DNA from: Octopus bimaculoides
Taxonomy: Eukaryota
Assembly: GCF_001194135.2 (NCBI RefSeq)
Contig: NW_026299678.1
Location: 1 to 36,562, forward strand
Direction of reading: 5' to 3'
DNA length: 36,562 nt
The notes under the pieces are model-generated. The model was not told the DNA's origin, made no database searches, and saw only the letters and a program-made list of their open reading frames with translations. A program made the position numbers and the translations under genes. Below are positions 11,867-22,041 of this stretch, piece after piece (positions within the stretch are counted from its first letter, which is position 1; the number at the start of each line of letters is the position of its first letter).

Positions 11867-12159
11867 GGGTATTAGTATATAACTGATGAGGAATTACAGT
11901 CCTTCTGTTTCTGTCCTGCATGTACGATTTGCAGTATTTAATGCATTTTTCCTTTATTGAATAACTGAATGCTATGCATCCCGACTTTATATATTTAATT
12001 CTGTGCATTGTTTGTGTTTTTTTTTTTTTACTACACAGTACGGTAGGGTCAGTTGGGTACCATCTGTGAGAAAAACAGCACCATGACACAATTCACTCTG
12101 CTAGAAATTTGGAAACTCATACTGTACTACCTGGCATTCGTGCCAGAAACTCCTAACAG

Positions 12160-12306
12160 ATGGTGAACGCACAGGACAACCGTTGGTTTGCTGCGTCTCC
12201 AAAACATGTACCGAGAGTGATAAAAATCAAACATCCGGTCAACATCCTGCTGTTTAGAGTGATCACTAGTGATGGTGATGTTATGCCTCAATTCATCTTC
12301 CCACAG
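12160..12306 (+). mobile_element. Tc1/mariner (IS630 superfamily) transposase fragment, degraded
   Basis: MVNAQDNRWFAASPKHVPRVIKIKHPVNILLFRVITSDGDVMPQFIFPQ resembles the segment after the first catalytic Asp (N.QN.R.....K.P..VMV.G.I.S.G....FIF). Stop follows immediately. Confidence 0.7.
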
Positions 12307-13115
12307 AACAGCTGAAATTTTGTAACGTGAGTCAAGTGAATGAGTCAACGATCCTCACAAGAAGATCGCAGTAATGTGAAATTCGAGTCAGAAGACAGCT
12401 TCTCAACTTCAGTTTTAATAATAATAATAATAACTTATTCTTTTATTGGCCACAAGGGCTAACATAAAAGCAACATGAAATGACAAAACAGGATGATACA
12501 AAGGAGTTTAGAATGTGTAAATAAAATAACAAAGGAAAAACAAAACTCCCTTTCGGGGGAGGCACCTTAAGGATACTTGTGGAAAAACCCACAAAAGCCA
12601 TGGGTGTCTGACCAACAGAGCAAGAGCCCTTCTCCTTTCATTTCTTTTTCATAGGTGCANNNNNNNNNNNNNNNNNNNNNNNNNNNNNNNNNNNNNNNNN
12701 NNNNNNNNNNNNNNNNNNNNNNNNNNNNNNNNNNNNNNNNNNNNNNNNNNNNNNNNNNNNNNNNNNNNNNNNNNNNNNNNNNNNNNNNNNNNNNNNNNNN
12801 NNNNNNNNNNNNNNNNNNNNNNNNNNNNNNNNNNNNNNNNNNNNNNNNNNNNNNNNNNNNNNNNNNNNNNNNNNNNNNNNNNNNNNNNNNNNNNNNNNNN
12901 NNNNNNNNNNNNNNNNNNNNNNNNNNNNNNNNNNNNNNNNNNNNNNNNNNNNNNNNNNNNNNNNNNNNNNNNNNNNNNNNNNNNNNNNNNNNNNNNNNNN
13001 NNNNNNNNNNNNNNNNNNNNNNNNNNNNNNNNNNNNNNNNNNNNNNNNNNNNNNNNNNNNNNNNNNNNNNNNNNNNNNNNNNNNNNNNNNNNNNNNNNNN
13101 NNNNNNNNNNNNNNN

Positions 13116-13478
13116 AGTGGTTAGGGCAGCGGACTCGCGGTCATAGGATCGCGGTTTCGATTCCCAGACCGGGCGTTGTGAGTGTTTATTGAGCGAATAC
13201 AGCTAAAGCTCCACGAGGCTCCGGCAGGGGTTGGTGGCGAACCCTGCTGTACTCTTCCACCACAACTTTCTCTCACTCTTACTTCCTGTTTCTGTTGTGC
13301 CTGTAATTCAAAGGGTCAGCCTTGTCACACTGTGTCACGCTGAATATCCCCGAGAACTACGTTAAGGGTACACGTGTCTGTGGAGTGCTCAGCCACTTGC
13401 ACGTTAATGTCACAAGCAGGCTGTTCCGTTGATCGGATCAAGTGGAACCCTTGTCGTTGTAAGCGACGGAGTGACTGC
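13116..13478 (+). mobile_element. Family-E SINE, head partly lost in the gap
   Basis: agtggttagggcagcggactcgcgg...gtttcgattcccagacc...gtggagtgctcagccacttgcacgttaat...gtaagcgacggagtg; near-identical reverse complement of 11503-11866. Confidence 0.85.
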
Positions 13479-14227
13479 AACAGCAAAATAATGATAATGA
13501 TAATAATAATACACATATGAGTATGAATGTGTATATGAGAGAGAGAGAGAGAGGCATTGTGCACAAAATGCTTCAAAAGCCTATCTGAACACAGCACTTT
13601 CCAAGCATAAAACTCGAAGTAGTTCATGTACTCCTGATTCATTAAACGATATACACACACAATCATGTTGAGTGTATCTATGTACACACAAGGCTTTGTT
13701 TTTATTTGTGTGTGTGTGTGTACAGTAGTGTTATGTAACAAAAGCCCAACCCAATCATGCAACCGACCCACCCAGAACTGACCATCAGAAAATTCACAAG
13801 ATAGCCAAAAAACCCCACCCAAAATCTTGGTCAGTTCCAGTCCAACCATGCCATTCTCCAGGGACAAGCAAAAAGAAAAAAAACCCAAAACAGAACAAAA
13901 GAAAATAAACAAACAAAAATCATCATCAGAGGCAAAAACTAACAAAAACAAACGAAAAAAAAAATTTGTTTTCAAAAATACCAATAGGTTATCTTATTGA
14001 TGACCAATCAATCGGTCATCAAACTGATTTTATTAAATCAATCAAGTAATGCAGTCTAATTAACAACTGATCAAGGAATTAAACTAATCAAGCAATTAAC
14101 CCCTTCGTTAACCAATTAGTAAGCCAACCAATCAAGCAGCTTTTTAATTACCATTGCCACACTCATACACACAGGGTATTTACACACACACACACACACA
14201 CAGATACATGTATTTAAATATAAGCGC

Positions 14228-14600
14228 AAATGTGGCCGTGTGGTAAGAAGCTCGCTTCCAAACCACATGGTTCCAGGTTCAGTCCCCTTGGACAAGTGTC
14301 TTCTACTATATCTCCATGCCAACCAGAGTCTTGTGAATGGATTTTGGTAGATGGAAACCGAAAGAAGCCCATCATGCGTATTCTTTTATTCTTCTTTTAC
14401 TTGTTTCAGTCATTTGACTGTGGTCATGCTGGAGCACCGCCTACAGTCAAACAAATCGACCCCAGGACTTATTCTTTGTAAGCCTAGTACTTATTCTATC
14501 ATGCCTTTTCCCGAACTGCTAAGTTATGGGGACGTAAACACACCAGCATCAGTTGTCAAGCGATGGTGGGGGGGGGGGAGACAATCACAGACACAAATAT
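14228..14600. mobile_element. Family-B head (+, 14228-14375) fused to a family-B tail (-, 14385-14600)
   Basis: tggccgtgtggtaagaagctcgcttcc... followed by the reverse complement of the tail (ttacttgtttcagtcatttgactg...taagttatggggacgtaaacacacc). Confidence 0.8.
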
Positions 14601-14761
14601 ATACAATGAGATCGAAAACAAAAATGGATAATGAGTGTATCTGTCACATTTTGGGGGTCTTTGCCCCTTCATCAGAACCCATCTAATTGATTCACTGCAT
14701 ACAGTGGTGCTAAGTTATTGGATATACCAATCTGCATATTAAATGCATTCTTGGAGCTGGT

Positions 14762-15200
14762 ATCATCATCATCGTTTAACGTCCACTTTCCATGCTAGCA
14801 TGGGTTGGACGATTTGACTGACGACTGGTGAAACCAGATGACACCAGGCTCCAATCTGGTCTGGCAAAGTTTCTACAGCTGGATGCCCTTCCTAACGCCT
14901 ACCACTCCGAGAGTGTAGTGGGTGCTTTTACGTGCCACCGGCACGAGGGCCAGTTAGGCGGCACTGGCAACGACCATGCTCGAAATGGTGTACATTACGT
15001 GCCACCTGCACAGGAGCCAGTCCAGCAGTACTGGCAACGATCTCGCTCGAATGTCTTTTCAAGTGCCAGGAAGGCGACGTTGGTAACGATCATGCTCAAA
15101 TGGTGCTATTTACATGCCACCGGCATGAAAGCCAGACAGCTGGTGCTCTGGCAACGATCACGCTTGGATGGTGCTCTTAGTGATCTACTGGTATAGGTGC
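14762..15200 (-). mobile_element. (CAT)n-tailed retroposon (family D) with ~4 internal ~60-bp tandem units
   Basis: catcatcatcgtttaacgtccactttccatgctagcatgggttggac...ggatgcccttcctaacgc, then repeats of gtgccaccggcac...ggcaacga...gctc...atggtgc. Confidence 0.75.
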
Positions 15201-16445
15201 CATCACGATTCCGCTTGCCCCAACAGGTCTTCGCAAGCCGAGTTTCGTGTTCAATGAAGAGACGTTGGCATGGGTGCCAGTCTACAAATTTAGTTCGATC
15301 TCGATATATGCATATATAGGCCAGCCCTAATACTCTCATCATTCATAGCTGGGACTCTTGACAGCTGTTACTGTTCCCAGTCAGGACGGACTTGGGTACA
15401 GCTGTGGTTCTATATTCCTCAAAAACCCTGGAACTCCCAAACTAAAGACCCCACAATCAGACGCAGCTTAAAATCACACATCAGCATAGTACAACTTAGG
15501 GTACTATACATGCATAGTACCTTATACATGTATTAGAATACTTGTTTATGGCTGATTGTATTATGTTCAGATACTTTGTTATGAGAGGACTGGATGGAAG
15601 GACCCTGAGCCTTTAATAGTAGTTAAACTTCTGGAGAATGACCCTATGGAAACAGGTTTTTATCAGGCAAGTAGGCTGTAGTGATGGTCGTCCTCTCGGC
15701 CGAGAACAGCAATTACTTCTCTGACAATGGTCCAGTGTATATTTATGTCAACTGCTTCAAAGCATGCACTTTTTATTTATGTAAACCGCCATCACTGCGA
15801 GGACCGTAAATTCAATGAAACTGGCATGGCTGGGTGTGACTGTAAATGCCGCAGAGGACCAGGAGAATTTGCTGAACGTGTACGAATTTGCTAGGAAGTC
15901 ATAGTGGAAATGGTGGTGCCACTGCCAAAACTGTTGCTTTTTAATCTATTATGGAGATGAAGTCTTGAACTGAGTTGGAAATATTTACACGAAGATTCTA
16001 ACAAACCTATCAGATTCCTTGAAATTTGGATGGTGGCTTCCATTATCGATTCCGTGAGTGATAGGGGATATTTATATCAACCGGTGTGCAAACAGGTGCA
16101 AAACCGCAGCAGATAAGGCTGTGTATATTTTCGCCATCTGATTCAAAGCAAGTACACAGCGCATGTAAATTGATATCAGCCGATGTCATGAAGTTAATTG
16201 GAAGGAATCTGAGGTCGTACCCAGGAACCCACCACACACACATGCAATTGCTTTAGGAGAAGACAAGTTTTCTAAGCAGTCCCCAAGACTTTCTGATGCA
16301 TCATTGCAACTTCAAGGCCCATCCCCCATCCAACCCCTTTAAAGCAAAATTCAAATCAAACGAGAAAACCACTAACGAATGAGAGAGAAGGAACAAAAAA
16401 AAAAAACAAAAAAAAACACAGTCTATTTTCGTTAGTTTTAAGCAC

Positions 16446-16544
16446 CTGGGTTAGATGATGATGAGGATAAAGTGGAGGAGGGTGAGGACTACTCTGTCCC
16501 AGGTGAGACTGGGAGATATGAACTTTGACCCCGGCAAAACGAAT
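16446..16544 (-). CDS. Probable internal exon (99 nt, phase 0-0)
   Basis: Acceptor cttcctctctttttccag|ATTCGT, donor ACCCAG|gtgctt (moderate). Only phase 0 is open: IRFAGVKVHISQSHLGQSSPHPPPLYPHHHLTQ. Confidence 0.55.
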
Positions 16545-16599
16545 CTGGAAAAAGAGAGGAAGTTTTTCTTTTTAAAAATTATACATCATATGTTCAATA

Positions 16600-16971
16600 T
16601 ATATATATATATAAAATATATATATATAAAATATATTTATATATGTTTATAATTATGTTTATAGTTATACCATATGTTAAATAATATATATATATATGTA
16701 CATACATACATATAGAATATACAATATACATATATATATATAGAATATATAATATACATATATATATATACACACACACACATATATATACATATACATA
16801 TATATACATATACATACATATATATACATATACATACATATATATACATATACATATATATACATATACATACATATATATACATATACATATACCTACA
16901 TATACATATATATACATACATATATATACACATATATATACATACATATACATATATATACATACATATAC

Positions 16972-17004
<33 letters not shown>

Positions 17005-17793
17005 CATACATATATATACATACATATACATACATATATATATACATATATATATACATATATATATATATACATATACATACATATATATACATATATA
17101 TATACATATACATATATATATACATATATATATACACATATATACATATNNNNNNNNNNNNNNNNNNNNNNNNNNNNNNNNNNNNNNNNNNNNNNNNNNN
17201 NNNNNNNNNNNNNNNNNNNNNNNNNNNNNNNNNNNNNNNNNNNNNNNNNNNNNNNNNNNNNNNNNNNNNNNNNNNNNNNNNNNNNNNNNNNNNNNNNNNN
17301 NNNNNNNNNNNNNNNNNNNNNNNNNNNNNNNNNNNNNNNNNNNNNNNNNNNNNNNNNNNNNNNNNNNNNNNNNNNNNNNNNNNNNNNNNNNNNNNNNNNN
17401 NNNNNNNNNNNNNNNNNNNNNNNNNNNNNNNNNNNNNNNNNNNNNNNNNNNNNNNNNNNNNNNNNNNNNNNNNNNNNNNNNNNNNNNNNNNNNNNNNNNN
17501 NNNNNNNNNNNNNNNNNNNNNNNNNNNNNNNNNNNNNNNNNNNNNNNNNNNNNNNNNNNNNNNNNNNNNNNNNNNNNNNNNNNNNNNNNNNNNNNNNNNN
17601 NNNNNNNNNNNNNNNNNNNNNNNNNNNNNNNNNNNNNNNNNNNNNNNNNNNNNNNNNNNNNNNNNNNNNNNNNNNNNNNNNNNNNNNNNNNNNNNNNNNN
17701 NNNNNNNNNNNNNNNNNNNNNNNNNNNNNNTATATATATATACATATATATATATATATACATACATATATATATATACATACATATATATAT

Positions 17794-17828
<35 letters not shown>

Positions 17829-17920
17829 CATATACATACATACATACATATATATATATATACATACATATATATATACATACATATATATATACATACA
17901 TATATAATATATACATATAT
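16600..17920. repeat. (TA)n/(TACA)n microsatellite spanning an assembly gap
   Basis: Direct inspection. Confidence 0.95.
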
Positions 17921-18330
17921 GTTGTGGTGATAGATGTTAACACACCTGTGTGTTTAAAAGATTGGATTCATTGGAACGTTTATTGTTGAAGACGACAGAC
18001 GGAGTTTTTGGATTGTTGCGTTTTGGCAGCAGTAAATGAAAATACGTCGTGGAAAGACATTGCTTTACCTCCGCTTCGTTAAATCAATTTATCCAAATGT
18101 TAAGGATATAAAAATATATATTATATATATTCAGGAGTGATGGAGGGCAGGAGGTTGGAATGGAGGCTAGATTTCACAGTTGATGGTACAATAATGTGCT
18201 AGCAATGGATTCTTAAAAAGGAGAGGTTGATAAAAGAAAATAAAGAGAAAAAAAAGGCACCCTCACTGTCCTGTCCTCTCTGGTCAGGAATATTTGGGAA
18301 GGGGTTAAAATGGGCTTTTTCTTCATCTTC

Positions 18331-18436
18331 AGATTAAGAAAACAGTTGTAAAAGTAGGACAAAACAGATTAAGAAAGTAGTTTTAAAACTGGGACAAAAC
18401 AGATTAAGAAAACAGTTTTAAAAGTAGGATAAAAAC
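18331..18436 (+). repeat. Three tandem ~35-bp units (agattaagaaaacagtt...aaaagtaggacaaaac)
   Basis: Direct inspection; followed by A-rich aaaaaacagata repeats to ~18690. Confidence 0.85.
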
Positions 18437-18737
18437 TGATGTGAGATTAAACAGTGAGATTAAACAGGAAAATCATGGACAATAAACAGAATATTTTAAC
18501 ATAAAAAAACAGATAAAGGAAAAGGTGTGATATCCACATTGGGAAACAGATATGGAAAGAAAAACAGATAAAGAGTTGGGAAAACTTAGGGGAAGTATAA
18601 GACATATGAGATGAAAAAAAAAACAGGAGAAAAACAGATATAATATAAAGAGAGAAAAAGATATAAAGAAAAAACAGATAACAATAAAAGGTAAAAATAG
18701 GAGAACTATTAATAGAAAATAGTTCTATAATTATGTA

Positions 18738-18960
18738 TTGTTTCTCCTCATGCCCACCACCATAGAGAGGGAGATTGACGGAAGGGTGGAGGAGACAACA
18801 TGCCAAGGGAGGCTGTGAAATATTTGGAGATGAACACCACCGACCAATGAAGTGTCTGTCTTTATATCATCCATTGTTTTTTCCCATGCCCACCACCACA
18901 GAGCCAGAGATTGATGGAGGGGGGCAAAGAAACACCACAGCCAATCAATGAAGATTCTCT
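18738..18960 (+). repeat. Diverged tandem duplication, ~136-bp period
   Basis: atgcccaccacca...gagattga...aacaccac...ccaatgaag occurs twice. Confidence 0.7.
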
Positions 18961-19119
18961 TTATTTCCTATCCCCCACAGTTCCACTTTCACTCCCATCC
19001 ACCCCAATGGCAATGGGTTAGCTCTGTTTTGGCACCGGCAATTTGGTGGCTCCCGGTTCAAAATCCATTTTGTCTTATGACATTCTGGCACCAACAAAAG
19101 ATACTGCTTTTATTTGTCA

Positions 19120-19575
19120 GCATCTACCAAATCCCTTACAAGGCTTTCATCGGCCTGACCCTATACAGAAGAAAATACTTGCCCAAGGTGCCATACAGTG
19201 GGACTGAACCTGGAACCATGCACTTGGGAAGCGAACTTCTTGCTGTCATACCTGTGACTACCAATCACAGAAACTGTGCCAAAACAGGGATGAAACCTGG
19301 TCAGCTCTTGTCAAACTGTCCAACCCATGCCAGCATGGAAACCAGACATTAAATGATGACGATGACGACATGTATGTGTAACTCTGTGTGTGTGTGGGAG
19401 TGTTTATGTCACCATAACTTAGCGGTTCGACCAAAAGAGACCAATAGTGTAAGTGCCAGGTTTTAAGAGGAGGAAAAATAATGTTTGAGGGGAGGGGCAG
19501 GGGTGATTAATTCGACTAAGATCCTTGCAGCCAGTACCCCAGCATGGCCACAGTTTAACGACTGCAGCAAGATAA
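19120..19575. mobile_element. Composite: family-B head (-), (CAT)n-retroposon 3' end (+, ~19270-19365), family-B tail (+, ~19385-19575)
   Basis: cccaaggtgccatacagtgggactgaacc; ccaacccatgccagcatggaaaccagacattaaatgatgacg; ccataacttagcggttcgaccaaaagagacc...ccagcatggccacag. Confidence 0.75.
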
Positions 19576-19876
19576 AAGAGGGATGTGTGTGTGTGTGTGT
19601 GTGCATGAGAGCGTATGTGAGCACTTTCTACCCTGAACTGGCTTGTTCCACCCGGCCTAGTGGTAATGACAACAGCAGAAGTAGAATAAACTGTAGTTGT
19701 TGTAGAAGTGGTAGTGGAAGTAGTTGCAATAGTAGTGGTGGTGGGGGGTGAAGGGAGAGAGAGAGAATGGGGGAGGAAGAGGAAAGATGGTTTGGTAACC
19801 CAGTAGTCTATTGTTTCTTAGTTTTTGCTTTTTTTTGTTTTTTTTGAGAGAGGAATGAAAAAAAAATGCTCCTTAC

Positions 19877-19932
19877 CACACCGCTGTCTGTTGATCCTCC
19901 ACCACCACTGTCTTCTCGCTTCAGCCCTTGAC
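19877..19932 (-). CDS. Probable internal exon (56 nt, phase 1-0)
   Basis: Acceptor cgttttccatttcag|GTCAAG, consensus donor GGTGTG|gtaagg. Reads (G)QGLKREDSGGGGSTDSGV. Confidence 0.6.
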
Positions 19933-20216
19933 CTGAAATGGAAAACGAAACCAGTGACACGCATTTCAATGAAATCTCAATTAAGGAAACTTACAGAGCC
20001 TTTTAAAAAAGAAAAGAAAAGAAAAAAGCAAACACAAGCGCATATGTCTACACACTGCAGCCGGAATATATATCTTGGCAGTCGCAAAACACCTAGGAAT
20101 CGAACCTGAATCACTGTATCCAATACGAAAATATATGAAGAATACAAACTCAGTTTGCTTAAATAATGCTGATGTCATCAACCCTCTCAGAGCTGGGCCC
20201 CTGTGTCTAACCTTAC

Positions 20217-20232
20217 CCTCCCACCCAGGCTC
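20217..20232 (-). CDS. Candidate 16-nt microexon
   Basis: gtaactttatttttctcag|GAGCCTGGGTGGGAGG|gtaaggtt. Both splice sites are near consensus; reads EPGWE(G) if phase 0-1. Confidence 0.35.
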
Positions 20233-20949
20233 CTGAGAAAAATAAAGTTACACGCACAGCTCAAAAGCAGACTATTGGACAGAATTGGCTGCAGAGATGA
20301 TGTTTAACCTATTCTCGCTAAAGCAAGAACATGGCGTTACAGGGGCAAATGCTAAAATGATGTATTGTTGTATGGTGAAACTGTACACCCCTCCCAGTAA
20401 AAAGTGGCAGGAACCAACCATTACAAATACAGCAGCAGCCGGTCGACAAGGGGAAGGTCAGAAGGTTGAGAGTACGTGTTAATAGTAGTGTCTGTACTGA
20501 TATAGTAATCTAACTGTGGTACTGAGTGGATGTTATAACAATCCAATCCTTTGAGGATAATAACAACACCATGACTTGGGGTTGTACGGTGCCTGATAGA
20601 AACATTCTAACGATGACTTCGAAAAATAACAATATCTGTCAGAGAGACAAATGTCATCAAAAAACAGATACAACAGTGGCATAAGATCACTTTACAACAA
20701 GTACAGAAAGAGAAAAAAAAGCGGGATTAAAACATCCAGGCAGATCTCAATCAAGCACTCAGTTTTAAATGAATTTGGTTAACGACATCCAATAATCAAA
20801 TACCAATAAATATAAATAAACGAGCACCAATTTTTCTACATGATCAACTTGAAGAATTGTCAAAAAATCCCTTAACATGAAACCAATGGTAGCCTTAATA
20901 CAAAAATAAAGAATCTTTATCCAACAATGTGGTATTGAGCACTCATTCT

Positions 20950-21760
20950 CATTGTTCGATATTTGACTACAGCCATGCTGGAGCACTGCCTTAAAGAGTT
21001 CTTTTTATTTGAAAAAAAATTGATCCCAGGATTTATCCTTTGTAAGCCAAGTACTGATTCTATTGGTCTATTTTGCCAAACCGCTAAGTTACAGAGACCT
21101 AAACACACCAACATTGGTTGTTAAATGATAGTGGGGGAGGGGGGACAAACACAGACAAATACACATAAATATATATATATATCATCATCACCATCATCAT
21201 CGTTTAATGTCCGCTTTCCATGCTGGCATGGGTTGGACAGTTCAACTGGGGTCTGAGAAGCCAGGAGGCTGCACCAGGTTCCAATCTGATCTGGCAGTGT
21301 TTCTACAGCCAAATGCCCTTCCTAACGCCAACCACTCCGTGAGTGTAGTGGGTGCTTTTTATGTGCCACCAGTACAGGGGCCACAATCGGTTGGTGCTTT
21401 TTACATGCCACTGGTACAGGGGCCAGAGGGGTCTAGCAACGACCACAATCGGTTGGTGCTTTGTACGTGCCACCGGCATGGGAGCCAGTCAAGGTGGTGC
21501 TGGCATCGGCCACATTCAGATGGTGCTTTTTATGTGCCACCGGCACGGGGATCACAACTACAATTTCCATTTGATTTTGGTTTTGATGTACTTAACTCAA
21601 TAGGTCTCCTCAAGCACAGCATATCACCCTACGATCCAAGGTTTATATATACACTAGGGGCCTCTTTAAATTTTCATTAACTAAATCCACTTGCAAGGCT
21701 TTGGTCGGCCCAAGGCTAGAGTGTAAGACACTTGTCCAAGTGGGAACGAACCTGGAACCC
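20950..21760 (-). mobile_element. Family-B SINE with a (CAT)n-tailed retroposon (21181-21650) nested in its internal microsatellite
   Basis: Tail 20950-21165, insert catcatcgtttaatgtccgctttccatgctggcatggg..., head 21655-21760; all on the minus strand. Confidence 0.75.
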
Positions 21761-22041
21761 CTCTCAGATTCCCACACTTGTTGCAGTGGTCCTTCAGGTT
21801 TTCTAAGCCCTGTAAAAGAACTCAGAAGGTGGGGCCTCCAACCAGGCCCTTTGCAATACCCTTAAAGCAAACAACTTCTCAACAGCCCCTTGTATGATTT
21901 GCAGTCATCTTGCAATGCTTGTCACTGGAACTCACTGTGATGACTGAAAGGAATAGCAAAAGTGATGTACAGGCATTTGTCACTTAAATCCATGACAGAC
22001 AGACATCTTGCTATCATTTCATTTCTTGATGCTGTTTGTAT

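Larger units (their letters stand above)
10889..11957. mobile_element. Fold-back/MITE-like element (~130-bp inverted arms) interrupted by the RTE fragment and the family-E SINE
   Basis: Arms: 10889-10905 + 11253-11369 versus 11439-11474 + 11874-11957; ~70-bp spacer 11370-11438. Confidence 0.7.

Noticed and set aside
11882-11905. CTGATGAGGA-attacag-TCC as a hammerhead
   Set aside because: No GAAA follows stem II; it is part of the fold-back arm, whose mirror copy reads CTAGTGA.
19630-19810. Thr-rich minus-strand frame (PSPPTTTTIATTST...TSQFR) or a 25-nt AGWNKPVQG exon
   Set aside because: No acceptor gives a phase compatible with both neighbours and the donor (gtagaa) is weak; may be a decayed trinucleotide repeat.
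19877-19900. STDSGV as a beta-TrCP degron or YAP-like motif
   Set aside because: The spliced continuation DSGVIR lacks the second Ser of DSGxxS, and no WW or TEAD-binding sequence is visible, so no gene symbol was assigned.
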